A DNA stretch of 36,589 nt from positions 1 to 36,589 of the IMG/VR virus record IMGVR_UViG_3300016662_000124; one strand, 5' to 3'. The DNA is from a virus. Taxonomy: Duplodnaviria; Caudoviricetes. Under the pieces are notes generated by a model. That model worked only from the letters and a program-made list of their open reading frames with translations. It ran no database searches and had not been told where the DNA came from. Shown piece after piece: positions 17,669-26,589 of this stretch. The translations under genes were made by a program, and so were the position numbers. The stretch's first letter is position 1. Each line of letters opens with the position of its first letter.

Positions 17669-18241
17669 TCAGTCGAAGTATTGCAACATACAAGCTGGAA
17701 TTTTTGGCGCAACATATTTGAGAAGTTCAAAAGCGCCTTTGTTTGTAAAAACTATTTCGTGTCGATCTCTGGACTTATGAGCTTCGCAGTCACAGTCTAA
17801 TGAATTAAAATATTCTGCAATAACTCTGGTTCCTTCTTCGCCAAACTTCTGTGTGCGGAGATATGCTTTTCTTTTGCTTTTTCTTCCTGCGTCAAGAAAC
17901 CAAGTCATCCAAGCTTCATCCGAAAGCAGTTCAAGCATTTCTTTGTTGATATATTTCTCGCCGTCAATATAAAATTTTGCGTAAATATCGTTGAATATGG
18001 GGAAAGCAACGCTGTAACATCTGAATGTGTTTTTGTCTTTCTTGACTGTATTTTGATCTATTTTAAAAAAATCAGAAAGTATTTCGATTTTATATTCAAG
18101 CCAAGTTCTGTTGCTATCTCTCATAGCCAAGTAACAATTCTTACCACGGTCAGGTTTGATGACCGACGAACCACCCAAAATTGTGCCATAAAGTGTTTGT
18201 TTTTGAGCTTCTTTTAATATAGGACCACTTTGATAGGTCAT
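17669..18241 (-). CDS. LAGLIDADG_2-like protein with degenerate catalytic motifs
   Basis: LYGTILGGSSV and AWMTWFLDAG align with GxLLGDG and AxWFMDDG; YLRTQKF matches L.T..F; GAGG SD. Confidence 0.75.
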   Translation of the reverse strand: MTYQSGPILKEAQKQTLYGTILGGSSVIKPDRGKNCYLAMRDSNRTWLEYKIEILSDFFKIDQNTVKKDKNTFRCYSVAFPIFNDIYAKFYIDGEKYINKEMLELLSDEAWMTWFLDAGRKSKRKAYLRTQKFGEEGTRVIAEYFNSLDCDCEAHKSRDRHEIVFTNKGAFELLKYVAPKIPACMLQYFD

Positions 18242-18360
18242 TTTACACCTCAATTTATGTATTGTTTTTTCGCAAAATTATGTCCAAATTTTGAATTATA
18301 AAAAACAAATTGGTTTTATTCAAAGATATATATGATGATTCTTTTTCCTAAGGAGAAATT

Positions 18361-18912
18361 ATGGGTGCTACCACTACACAAGGAACCGGTCCCGGTTCAG
18401 CCTACAATATTAAGCCTTTGGTTTTTAATGGCAGCGTTAAATCTGCAAACTTGGCTCCTATGGCAGTCCAAGATAATCTTGCTTCAGAAAGCAAGCTGGT
18501 GCGTGTTTCTGCTTCTGCTGTTACTTTAACTGCTGCTGATCACGCTGGTAGGATTGTTGTTCTAGACAGAGCTGCTGGCGTTACTGTAACACTTCCTGCA
18601 TCAGTTGGTAATGGCGATGTTTATACAATCGTTGTTGGGACTACTGTCACAAGCAACAACGACATCGTTAAGGTTGCTAATACTTCCGACAGCTTTGTCG
18701 GTCGTGCTTTGGCATGTGCCGATGGTGGCAGCAGCGTTAATGGTTGGGAAGTTGTTTCTGGCGACGATACAATTACTTTGAATGGTGGAACAAAAGGCGG
18801 CTATGCTGGCGATACCATTCAGATCATGGATATTGGCGGCAATCTTTTTGTTGTGAATGCATTCCTTAATCAGACTGCTGCGGAAGCTACTCCTTTCAGC
18901 GCAACTGTTTGA
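18361..18912 (+). CDS. MGAT-motif protein 2, putative head decoration/fibre protein
   Basis: AAGGAG SD; TATATA at 18327; beta-rich TLTAADHAGRIVVLDRAAGVTVTLPA domain typical of virion appendages. Confidence 0.8.
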   Translation: MGATTTQGTGPGSAYNIKPLVFNGSVKSANLAPMAVQDNLASESKLVRVSASAVTLTAADHAGRIVVLDRAAGVTVTLPASVGNGDVYTIVVGTTVTSNNDIVKVANTSDSFVGRALACADGGSSVNGWEVVSGDDTITLNGGTKGGYAGDTIQIMDIGGNLFVVNAFLNQTAAEATPFSATV

Positions 18913-18927
18913 TTTCTTAGTTACTCT

Positions 18928-18962
18928 AATGCCTTGGGTATAATGCCCAAGGCATTTTTTTT
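18928..18962 (+). terminator. Intrinsic terminator
   Basis: AATGCCTTGGG/CCCAAGGCATT stem followed by a T-tract. Confidence 0.85.
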
Positions 18963-18972
18963 GGAGTTTTTT

Positions 18973-19305
18973 ATGGGAGCAACAACTACAGAAGGTACAG
19001 GTCACGGTTCCGCTCCAATACAAAAGAAAAACTATCAACTTAATCTAGGCTTAAATCGTTTGATTGGACCTAAAATTGTTGCTGCTGGTTTATTGACTCT
19101 AAAAGAAAATTGTGAGTTTGTATCAATTCCTGCGCCTATAGGTAGTCCTTCTGATTATTGTATTTTATTGACAGGAACAAGTCAGACTGTTCCATATTTA
19201 TCAAGACCACTTGCTGCACAGTCGTCTAAAAACTGGCAATTTGAAGTTACAGCAGGAAATCACGATGTAGTTCATTACATCATTGTGAAAATAGGTTTTG
19301 GATAA
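18973..19305 (+). CDS. MGAT-motif protein 3
   Basis: GGAG SD; MGATTTEGTGHGSA N-terminus; beta-rich C-terminus. Confidence 0.75.
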   Translation: MGATTTEGTGHGSAPIQKKNYQLNLGLNRLIGPKIVAAGLLTLKENCEFVSIPAPIGSPSDYCILLTGTSQTVPYLSRPLAAQSSKNWQFEVTAGNHDVVHYIIVKIGFG

Positions 19306-19869
19306 TCACTCATCATTTCCCGGCTTATAAAATTTTATGTTTTTATCAGCCCACTCTATTGCCATATGTGTTCCACGGGTTAGCAATCCTACAAGTTGAG
19401 TAGGGTTTCCACTTCCTTCTATTGCTATATTATCTCTTTCCGTATTTTCTATCCAGACGAGAGCAAAGGTAAGACCTGTTCTTTGCTTTAATTCAGCCGC
19501 CATTTGGCGAATAGTTATGAGACTCAGGTCTGGAAGACCTAATTCTTTTTGTTTGGCTTTTCTAAGATTTCCGTTGTTTTCTAAAACATTCTCTAATTTT
19601 TTACTTAAAATTTTAACAAAACGAGATTTTTCTTCGGTTTCAATGACGAGTTGATATGAAAAGTCTTTGGGATCGTTCTGATTTGCGAGAACGAGCAAGT
19701 TGCAGGGATAATATTCCTTTACTTCAGAAATTTGTGTTGAAATTGCGTTTAAACTTTGTTCATTATTCAGTTTGAAATGAATCCATTTGTATTCGGTGCT
19801 TATGTCTATTATGTTAAAACCTTCAAATTTATTGAGGGTTGTAACTAGTTTGGTAAATTCCTTTTCCAT
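19306..19869 (-). CDS. Hypothetical protein
   Basis: 187-aa ORF, TAATG-coupled to the upstream gene, GGAGG SD. Confidence 0.75.
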   Translation of the reverse strand: MEKEFTKLVTTLNKFEGFNIIDISTEYKWIHFKLNNEQSLNAISTQISEVKEYYPCNLLVLANQNDPKDFSYQLVIETEEKSRFVKILSKKLENVLENNGNLRKAKQKELGLPDLSLITIRQMAAELKQRTGLTFALVWIENTERDNIAIEGSGNPTQLVGLLTRGTHMAIEWADKNIKFYKPGNDE

Positions 19870-20405
19870 TATTCCTCCAAGATGTCAGCATCTGTCAGAG
19901 ATTTTGCAAGTTTTATGAGATGTTTGCACATCCCCGGTAATTCAAGAGGATTTGAACTTCCCGGTCTTTCCTTCGCTTCGTACTTTTTTCTCACAGAACC
20001 ATAAAGAGATTTGTCTAGACGATCCGTATAATTCCATCTCCAGAAAAAATCCTTACAGTTACAACGCAAAACCACATGATTTTGGTCGTTTAGCTTTTCA
20101 AAAAAGTACCTGCGTCCATCGCTTGCGGTAATCTCAGCCCAGTTGTGACGATCATTTGAAGATTTGTATCGTACATCCTTGAATAAGATTATGGGATTGT
20201 ATTCCCTTCCATTCTCTTCGTTCTTTGCCAGTCCTTTGACGAATAGAGTTCTAACGCCCCGATAGGGAGTCACAGAAAGACTTAAAATTGCAATTTCGTC
20301 AATAGAATGCTGTCTTTTTGTGGTTCGTGGGAATGCACGAACTGTGTCGGAATAAAGTTCTTCAAGATTTGATTCGTGAAGAGTGACCCATTTATAGAAC
20401 TCCAT
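19869..20405 (-). CDS. SWIM-type zinc-finger protein
   Basis: CNCKDF ... MCKHL (CxC...CxH). Confidence 0.75.
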   Translation of the reverse strand: MEFYKWVTLHESNLEELYSDTVRAFPRTTKRQHSIDEIAILSLSVTPYRGVRTLFVKGLAKNEENGREYNPIILFKDVRYKSSNDRHNWAEITASDGRRYFFEKLNDQNHVVLRCNCKDFFWRWNYTDRLDKSLYGSVRKKYEAKERPGSSNPLELPGMCKHLIKLAKSLTDADILEE

Positions 20406-20485
20406 AACTATATTTATGTTATGTCATAATATTTCATTAAAATAAGACTATATTAACAATACAAACGGTAAAATTGTGGTGTGAT

Positions 20486-20788
20486 ATGAGTGAAGGAAAT
20501 TTTGATAAGCTGCCAACGCCCGAAGAATTGGGTATGAAAAAATTCGAAGTTCGTTTCGGGATGGGCGAAAATGGGGTTATGCAAAAAGCCGTATTTATTG
20601 GTGGCGAGATGCTTGATTGGCAAATCGACATTAGTTCTTACATGGATGCTGCAAAGATGGGTCCATCTTTCAGGAGAGAAATTCAGCGTGATATTGAATT
20701 GCACTTTTGCGAATCAGTAGGTGATTTCTTGGGTCGCAAGGTGACGATTGATGAGATCAAAACAGCCATCAAAACTGGCTGGATTTGA
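20486..20788 (+). CDS. Hypothetical protein
   Basis: 100-aa ORF with plausible composition. Confidence 0.7.
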   Translation: MSEGNFDKLPTPEELGMKKFEVRFGMGENGVMQKAVFIGGEMLDWQIDISSYMDAAKMGPSFRREIQRDIELHFCESVGDFLGRKVTIDEIKTAIKTGWI

Positions 20789-20790
20789 AA

Positions 20791-20865
20791 ATTCGCCTGA
20801 TGTACAGCGCACCGATAGGGGGTGATTTATCTTTTTACATCCTGCACATTGCAGCAAAGGCGAAT
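20791..20865. ncRNA. Candidate structured RNA (three-way junction)
   Basis: Nested stems ATTCGCCT/AGGCGAAT, GATGTA/TACATC, CACC/GGTG, CTGCA/TGCAG in a non-coding gap. Confidence 0.35.
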
Positions 20866-20896
20866 AGGGGTTGGTTAGCCAACCCCTTTTTCTTTT
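20866..20896 (+). terminator. Intrinsic terminator
   Basis: AGGGGTTGG/CCAACCCCT stem followed by a T-rich tract. Confidence 0.85.
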
Positions 20897-23096
20897 AGAA
20901 ATTGAACCAACTGGCTTGGGGATTTTTAGTTTTACCCAAAATCGAATCCAAAAATTGCTGATCAACTTTGGGCTTTCTTGACTCAAAAATGTTTTCGTTA
21001 TTTCTTAATTTGTAACCAATGTCCTGCCAGAATTCTTCTTTGCCTGTTCCAGCTTTAAGAGCTTGATTAAACTTTTGAACGAGTTTAAGTTGATCTGTGG
21101 GAGTTTTCAGAATAGGCTGAAGTTCACTTGCAAAATTGTTTCCGCTGACACCATCATACCACTCGCGAATTTTTTCAGCTAATGCTTTTTCATAAGCTTG
21201 TGCGAACAAATTAACGCTTCCTTTTGTATTTTGCTGAGGACTAAATAATTCAATTGTTTTCTGTAAAATTTGTTTTCCAGAATCGGGATTGTCACCAACT
21301 GCCATATATGTCGCTTGAAATTGACGCTCAAAATCATCTTTTTCTTCATCCATAATAATATCATATTTTGAAGCTGCCGGACCTGTAACTGCATCCATAT
21401 ATGCTTTGGCTTTTGTTGCGGCAGGCCCACCGGCTGCTTTGGTTTCTAATTCTATTGCTTTTTGTCTAGCTTTATTGACATCGGATTTTATTTGAGAACC
21501 GATTTGCATATACCATAAACGCATTTTACTTGGGTCATTTTTAACTAAGCCAGCATATTTTTTTGCGTGTTGCATCAAAACTGTAATCAAAGGAATTTTT
21601 TTTGTTCCCAATGCATCTAGAATTGGTTTTAAAGAAGTAATATAAAGTGAATCAACTCCATTTTTTGCCATATTGTCATAAAATTCTTTTTCCGACACAT
21701 ATCCTGACATTACGCCTTGCACACGCTCAAGATTATTGGGATTTTTAATTATCTCATCGATTTTTTCTACAATTCCTTTATACCACTGCTTAACTTTTTC
21801 TGGATCATTTTTTACTGCATCAGCGTATTTTGCAGCATACTGTAAAAGGTTTGAGCTTAGAAGGAATCTTGCATTTTGATCTGCGATACCAGATAATTTA
21901 TTTTTTACTTCAGTATAACTTCTTGCTCCTTGATTTTTTAACAAATCAACTAGAAAGAATTTTTCAGAGTTGAATCCGTTAATCATGCTTTGTACATTTT
22001 CTACATTTGAGGGATTTTTTATTATCTCTTTTGCTACAAATGTAATCCATTCTAATTGCTGATCATCCCTGTTCAAAATGGGCGACCTTTTTTTATATTC
22101 ATCAAAACTTTTGACAACAATATTCACTAGAGCATTTGGGTCAAATTGATCAATTTTTGCTTGATCAACACGATTCAATGTGCTTTTAAGCCTATTTTTC
22201 AAATCACTTGTAATTTCTTTATAAGCTTCTGCGCCATGAGCTCCACCGGTTGCATTGTTAACTGCAATTGCCAATTCTTGAGCGAACTTCTGGAACTCTT
22301 GGCTTGGTTTTTGACCAAAAGCAGGAATATCCTGTTGCAATTTGCCGAGGGCGGTCATGGCATTTGCAATTGCATCTTGGTCTTGTTTGTTTGATATATT
22401 TCTTAATCTTTCTTTCCATCTAGTCCCAATATTTGCAAACCAATTAACAATTGACTGAAAAATTTCATTCATATACAGATTGTTTTCAACATAAATTTTT
22501 AAAGCTTCATGAGGATCGATTCCTGCTTTTGTCAATTCAATAAATACTTTTTTGTACTCTGATTTTTTTTGAGCTTCATTGATAACGCTTCTTGATTTTC
22601 TATTTTCAACAAGTGCAGTTGCAATTGTTTTCTGAAGATTTTGAAGCAATGGAATAAAATTTGGGTCTTTGAACATTGCTTTGAGTTCAGCCGACTGAGA
22701 TATTCTATTTTCTAAATTTTTTAAAGCATCAGTTGCATTTTTAGCGGACGATGGCAAATCAGCAGTAATAGCACGATAGCCAGCTTTTGCTCCTTGTGCA
22801 ATTCCGCTTGCCGTACCGCCAATTGTCTGTGCTAATCCCCTAGCCATACCGGAACCGATTCCTCCTGCCCTTCCAACAAATTGACCTATTTTTTGACCCA
22901 ACCAACTACCACCAGCAGTTAAGAGAGGAGCGGGATTTGAGCTAGGTGCTGGACCTGCTTCCATCAAATTTTCTTCTGATGTAAACCAATCAACAAATTT
23001 GCCGGGATCGCCGCCATTTGCTTCGATAAACTCAAGCAAATTCTTCATGGCCTTCAAATTATTCAACACAATCATTGCTTCTCTAAAAGTTCTCAT
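20895..23096 (-). CDS. Large alpha-helical repeat protein, putative internal virion protein
   Basis: 733 aa; internal duplications; Gly/Ala-rich amphipathic segment; MRTFRE / MKNLLEFIE N-terminus. Confidence 0.7.
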   Translation of the reverse strand: MRTFREAMIVLNNLKAMKNLLEFIEANGGDPGKFVDWFTSEENLMEAGPAPSSNPAPLLTAGGSWLGQKIGQFVGRAGGIGSGMARGLAQTIGGTASGIAQGAKAGYRAITADLPSSAKNATDALKNLENRISQSAELKAMFKDPNFIPLLQNLQKTIATALVENRKSRSVINEAQKKSEYKKVFIELTKAGIDPHEALKIYVENNLYMNEIFQSIVNWFANIGTRWKERLRNISNKQDQDAIANAMTALGKLQQDIPAFGQKPSQEFQKFAQELAIAVNNATGGAHGAEAYKEITSDLKNRLKSTLNRVDQAKIDQFDPNALVNIVVKSFDEYKKRSPILNRDDQQLEWITFVAKEIIKNPSNVENVQSMINGFNSEKFFLVDLLKNQGARSYTEVKNKLSGIADQNARFLLSSNLLQYAAKYADAVKNDPEKVKQWYKGIVEKIDEIIKNPNNLERVQGVMSGYVSEKEFYDNMAKNGVDSLYITSLKPILDALGTKKIPLITVLMQHAKKYAGLVKNDPSKMRLWYMQIGSQIKSDVNKARQKAIELETKAAGGPAATKAKAYMDAVTGPAASKYDIIMDEEKDDFERQFQATYMAVGDNPDSGKQILQKTIELFSPQQNTKGSVNLFAQAYEKALAEKIREWYDGVSGNNFASELQPILKTPTDQLKLVQKFNQALKAGTGKEEFWQDIGYKLRNNENIFESRKPKVDQQFLDSILGKTKNPQASWFNF

Positions 23097-23103
23097 ATTT
23101 CAC

Positions 23104-23901
23104 CTATTGTGGAATAGCAAATTTATATCCTTGCAATTTAAGTTTTAAAAATGGCAGGACAGGCATTTTTTCTTTATGATTATATATTGGCAGCAAAGCA
23201 TTATCTAATGAGTCATTCCAAGATTTGATGACTTTTATATCGGTAAAATAAGATTGATGTGTCAATAATTGTTTATCCAAGTTTCTGACCGCTCTGCAAA
23301 CACCTATTACTTTATGGCTATTTTCAAAAAACAGAGGACCACCGCTGTCGCCAACTATGGTATAAGCATTAGTCCTAATTGCTCCACGAAATGATTCTGG
23401 TCGGAAGGTAAGAGGTTGAGTGACTTCGCCACGATCAATTCTTGCGTCATCCATCATGCCGAATCCGACATGAAAAATTTTGCTGCCCATATAAATCTTG
23501 TGGTCGAAATCCATTTCTGCCACAGGCATTTGTTCATCGCTTTCAAAAACGCATACGGCTAAATCGTCTTTTGGATTCATGGCGTAAACAAAAACCGAGT
23601 AATCTTTTTCTGCATATGGTTCAGAGAGGTTTTTATATTTAACATGTTTCACAAAGAATGGGCCATCGCTTTCGATGGCATGGTAAGCAGTTATGATAAA
23701 ATTCTTGTATTTATCTCCGTCTTTGGTTGAACGAACAACAAATGCGCTTCCACCCGTTTTGGCTTCTGGGTCATAAATTACGACTGTTGGATACAAACAT
23801 TTTTCATAAATTGTTGTATTTTCTGATAAAGTTGATGATGAAGAGGTTGAAATTAACAAAGAGAATAAAAACAGCAAAGACAAGCAAGTTAAAGTTCGCA
23901 T
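23104..23901 (-). CDS. Secreted trypsin-like (S1) serine protease
   Basis: Signal peptide; TAYH, DDLA, GDSGGPL catalytic-triad motifs. Confidence 0.9.
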   Translation of the reverse strand: MRTLTCLSLLFLFSLLISTSSSSTLSENTTIYEKCLYPTVVIYDPEAKTGGSAFVVRSTKDGDKYKNFIITAYHAIESDGPFFVKHVKYKNLSEPYAEKDYSVFVYAMNPKDDLAVCVFESDEQMPVAEMDFDHKIYMGSKIFHVGFGMMDDARIDRGEVTQPLTFRPESFRGAIRTNAYTIVGDSGGPLFFENSHKVIGVCRAVRNLDKQLLTHQSYFTDIKVIKSWNDSLDNALLPIYNHKEKMPVLPFLKLKLQGYKFAIPQ

Positions 23902-23933
23902 ATTTGCCCCCTGTCTATTTAAAGGTGGCCAAT

Positions 23934-23981
23934 AAAAAAACTTCAAGCCAGCCCTTGTTTTTGGAAAGGGCCAGCTTGAAG
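23934..23981 (-). terminator. Intrinsic terminator for the 77-aa gene
   Basis: 16-bp stem fully paired on the minus-strand RNA using G-U pairs, followed by a U-tract. Confidence 0.8.
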
Positions 23982-24005
23982 CTTGAGTTTTGGTTATGAT
24001 GAAAC

Positions 24006-24239
24006 TCAGACGATCCAGTAACCGCCGGAACCGTTGCTGTATTCGGTGGGGTTTTCAGGAGTGTCGTTGAAGTTTTCGCCGTCAACGAGTTCGAGAACCT
24101 TACGGTGACCAGTATTATTAACGGTTTCGATGTAAGCGGTGCGCTGAATGGAAACGCCGCTCACGACGGAGGTGTCGAGTGAACCTTCAGTAGCGAGGTT
24201 GACCAAAGCTGGGGTCAATTGGACTGTGTAACTTGCCAT
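24006..24239 (-). CDS. Small, probably highly expressed protein
   Basis: Strong C-ending codon bias like the capsid gene; own TATATA box (24272-24277) and terminator. Confidence 0.8.
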   Translation of the reverse strand: MASYTVQLTPALVNLATEGSLDTSVVSGVSIQRTAYIETVNNTGHRKVLELVDGENFNDTPENPTEYSNGSGGYWIV

Positions 24240-24295
24240 AGTTTATTCCCTTTTAAAAAGAGGTTTACAATTATATATGCTTCTACTATCTAAAT

Positions 24296-24862
24296 TCACG
24301 AAGTAACAAAATTGTTCAAGGTGAAATTTAGATGTCTTGCGCCGGAACTTGCATTCAATGTCACGCAAACATTTCTAGTTCTTGAATCAAACGAAGCAAT
24401 CGTCCAGTCTGGATTGGTCAACAAAATTCTTTTTGGATTTGATTGTTCGTAGTACAACCATGTACCATTATTTATGTATTTCGTTACATTATTTAGTATG
24501 GCATTTTTACCTTCTCTGCTATTCAAGACAACCGTCTGAGAGGGAAATGTTGCAGGCAATGGTCCGGGAAAAAATGGATCGACTAAAATAGTCAAATTTG
24601 ACTTGTTATCGTCCAATAAATCGCCGTTTGTTGCTATTCTGAAACTTGGCTTGTTGAGTTCGTCAGGATATGCCCATGCGCCATCATTAACTTTTTGTTG
24701 GACAACTGACTTCAAGACGGGATTCAAAATTGTCGTAAAATCAATCGGGGAACCGGTTTGCGCCACAATTCCTTTGGAAAAATCAAGTTGACTGTCTAAC
24801 AAGGCAAGAAGTGTTTGTTTGGATAATCTTTCTTGTTTGACGCAGGCATCAAAATTTCTCAT
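24296..24862 (-). CDS. Hypothetical protein
   Basis: 188-aa ORF; TAAATA box upstream (24886-24891, minus strand). Confidence 0.7.
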   Translation of the reverse strand: MRNFDACVKQERLSKQTLLALLDSQLDFSKGIVAQTGSPIDFTTILNPVLKSVVQQKVNDGAWAYPDELNKPSFRIATNGDLLDDNKSNLTILVDPFFPGPLPATFPSQTVVLNSREGKNAILNNVTKYINNGTWLYYEQSNPKRILLTNPDWTIASFDSRTRNVCVTLNASSGARHLNFTLNNFVTS

Positions 24863-24896
24863 GTTTTATCTCTCTTAGGATGAGGTATTTAGTGCA

Positions 24897-25127
24897 ATGG
24901 AAGAACAAAAACCAGATTGTTTTTTTTATACGGAAGAATCGTTGCCGCTTGAGCAGCAGAAAATCAAGGTCATGTGCGTCGAATGTAAGAAGAAGAATCC
25001 TGATTTAGGATGGTTTTGGGAAGGTTCTAGGCTGGGCTATGGACCTTTTGTTTTTGTGTGCAGTAAGTGTGGAACTATAATTAGCGAACCGAAAGGTGCC
25101 GATGAAAAACATACGCCCAGCAATTAA
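24897..25127 (+). CDS. Small zinc-ribbon protein
   Basis: CVEC and CSKC pairs; GAGG SD. Confidence 0.7.
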   Translation: MEEQKPDCFFYTEESLPLEQQKIKVMCVECKKKNPDLGWFWEGSRLGYGPFVFVCSKCGTIISEPKGADEKHTPSN

Positions 25128-25851
25128 GACAACAGAGGAAAAATGGTCTGTTCGGGATTGGATCATATCCAAATTCCCAGAAAATTACGAAGAAATGACA
25201 TACTTGGAGCCTTTTGGCGGCGGGTTGAACATTCTTTTTTTCAAGCAAAAATCAAAGCGTGAAATTATCTCAGATACAGACAAAGAAATTTTAAATATTT
25301 ATCGTGCAATTAGAGATGAGCCTACAGAACTCATAAGAAGAATGAATTTGTATAAGCATACGCAAGAAACATTTGAAAAAACAGAGAAAAGAAAGAGTTT
25401 TGAGGATTATCTCGATGAAGCCGTTCATGATCTTATGTTGCGGAAAATGAGTCGAAACGGTCAAAAAAAATCTTACCTCAAATTAAGCAATCAAAAAACA
25501 TGGAAGGAAGGAATTTCTTCTCTTGCGTTAAATGGGGAAAGAATCAAAGAGGTTTTTATTTTTGAGAAGCCAGCTTTGGATGTAATTAAAGCTTTTAATG
25601 CGAAGGACACTTTAGTTTATTGTGATCCTCCTTACTTGAGAGACAACAAAAAAATGTCATATGAATCTGATGTGAATCCAGATGATCACATCGAATTGCA
25701 CAGAATTTTGAATGAATTTGATGGAAAAGTTGTTTTGAGTGGATGTCTTAGTCCTTTGTATAAGCGTCTTTACAAAAATTGGAATATGTCGATGAAAAGG
25801 ATAAATATGGCTAAGGAAAAGAGGACGGAAATTATTTGGACTAATTTTTAG
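25102..25851 (+). CDS. Dam-like (D12 class) N6-adenine DNA methyltransferase
   Basis: YLEPFGGG (motif I) and YCDPPY (motif IV); terminal TEIIWTNF. Confidence 0.88.
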   Translation: MKNIRPAIKTTEEKWSVRDWIISKFPENYEEMTYLEPFGGGLNILFFKQKSKREIISDTDKEILNIYRAIRDEPTELIRRMNLYKHTQETFEKTEKRKSFEDYLDEAVHDLMLRKMSRNGQKKSYLKLSNQKTWKEGISSLALNGERIKEVFIFEKPALDVIKAFNAKDTLVYCDPPYLRDNKKMSYESDVNPDDHIELHRILNEFDGKVVLSGCLSPLYKRLYKNWNMSMKRINMAKEKRTEIIWTNF

Positions 25852-25859
25852 GATTAAAA

Positions 25860-26084
25860 ATGAAATGCGAAATTCCCGGCTGTGATAATAGAGTTGTAAA
25901 AAAAATCACAAAAGAAGGCATATATTTTGGTTTAGTTCAAGAATGTGGTATAAGCATTTGTGATTGTCATGACAAAAGTGAAATTAAAGAGCACCTTCAA
26001 ACGATGGGCGAAGAACAGTCGGATTTGTCTCAGAATGTTAATCCTTTTTTAGTGTGTAAAAGTCTAAATAAGTCATGTATTTGA
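25860..26084 (+). CDS. Small Cys/His-containing hypothetical protein
   Basis: CEIPGC...CDCH; AGGA SD. Confidence 0.65.
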   Translation: MKCEIPGCDNRVVKKITKEGIYFGLVQECGISICDCHDKSEIKEHLQTMGEEQSDLSQNVNPFLVCKSLNKSCI

Positions 26085-26278
26085 CTTTTACGCAATTTTT
26101 GCTTGAGAAGTTATCGCAGGAACAACCTCCCGGCACATCAGACCTTGGTGGAAATGGAAGCGTTAGGATAACAGGAGCATCGCCAAGAACAGTTCCTATA
26201 AAGCCTGATCAAACTTCAAAAGTTATAAGCGGAACAAGTCCTGAACAACTTTTTGGCAAAAAAAGGCAAAAGAAATGA
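26075..26278 (+). CDS. Small protein with capsid-targeting-like N-terminus
   Basis: MYLTFTQFLLE; TAAATA 4 nt upstream of the ATG. Confidence 0.7.
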   Translation: MYLTFTQFLLEKLSQEQPPGTSDLGGNGSVRITGASPRTVPIKPDQTSKVISGTSPEQLFGKKRQKK

Positions 26279-26589
26279 GTTTCCAAGCATTGTGGGAAAA
26301 CATGAAATTGTCGAGAGAGAAAGAGATTCCGATTGAGGATTCCGCTCTGACTGTGATTCGTTCAGGCAACAATTTGGACGAAGATTTTTGGAATAATTTT
26401 AAATTAGTTGTAAATAATTCTGACGGCTTATCAAAACTTTTAGATGTTCCGGTTGAGAAAATATCAACATGGAGAGAAAAGATTGATAAGGCCATAAAAA
26501 AAGTACAAGAGTTGGACGGTGATGTCAAACTCAAAAAGAATAAAAAGATATTAAAACCAGATGCGCCAGAAATTGAGGAACAACCATGA
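26275..26589 (+). CDS. Hypothetical protein
   Basis: ATGA-coupled; MSFQALWE start. Confidence 0.75.
   Translation: MSFQALWENMKLSREKEIPIEDSALTVIRSGNNLDEDFWNNFKLVVNNSDGLSKLLDVPVEKISTWREKIDKAIKKVQELDGDVKLKKNKKILKPDAPEIEEQP

Noticed and set aside
10196-19305. MGxxx(S/T) as an N-myristoylation signal implying a eukaryotic virus
   Set aside because: T4-like head genes, SD motifs, intrinsic terminators and bS21 all indicate a bacteriophage; one of the three paralogues lacks the Ser/Thr at the required position
20797-20865. Hammerhead ribozyme (CTGATG at the junction)
   Set aside because: Core reads CTGATGT rather than CTGANGA, and no GAAA is correctly placed on either strand
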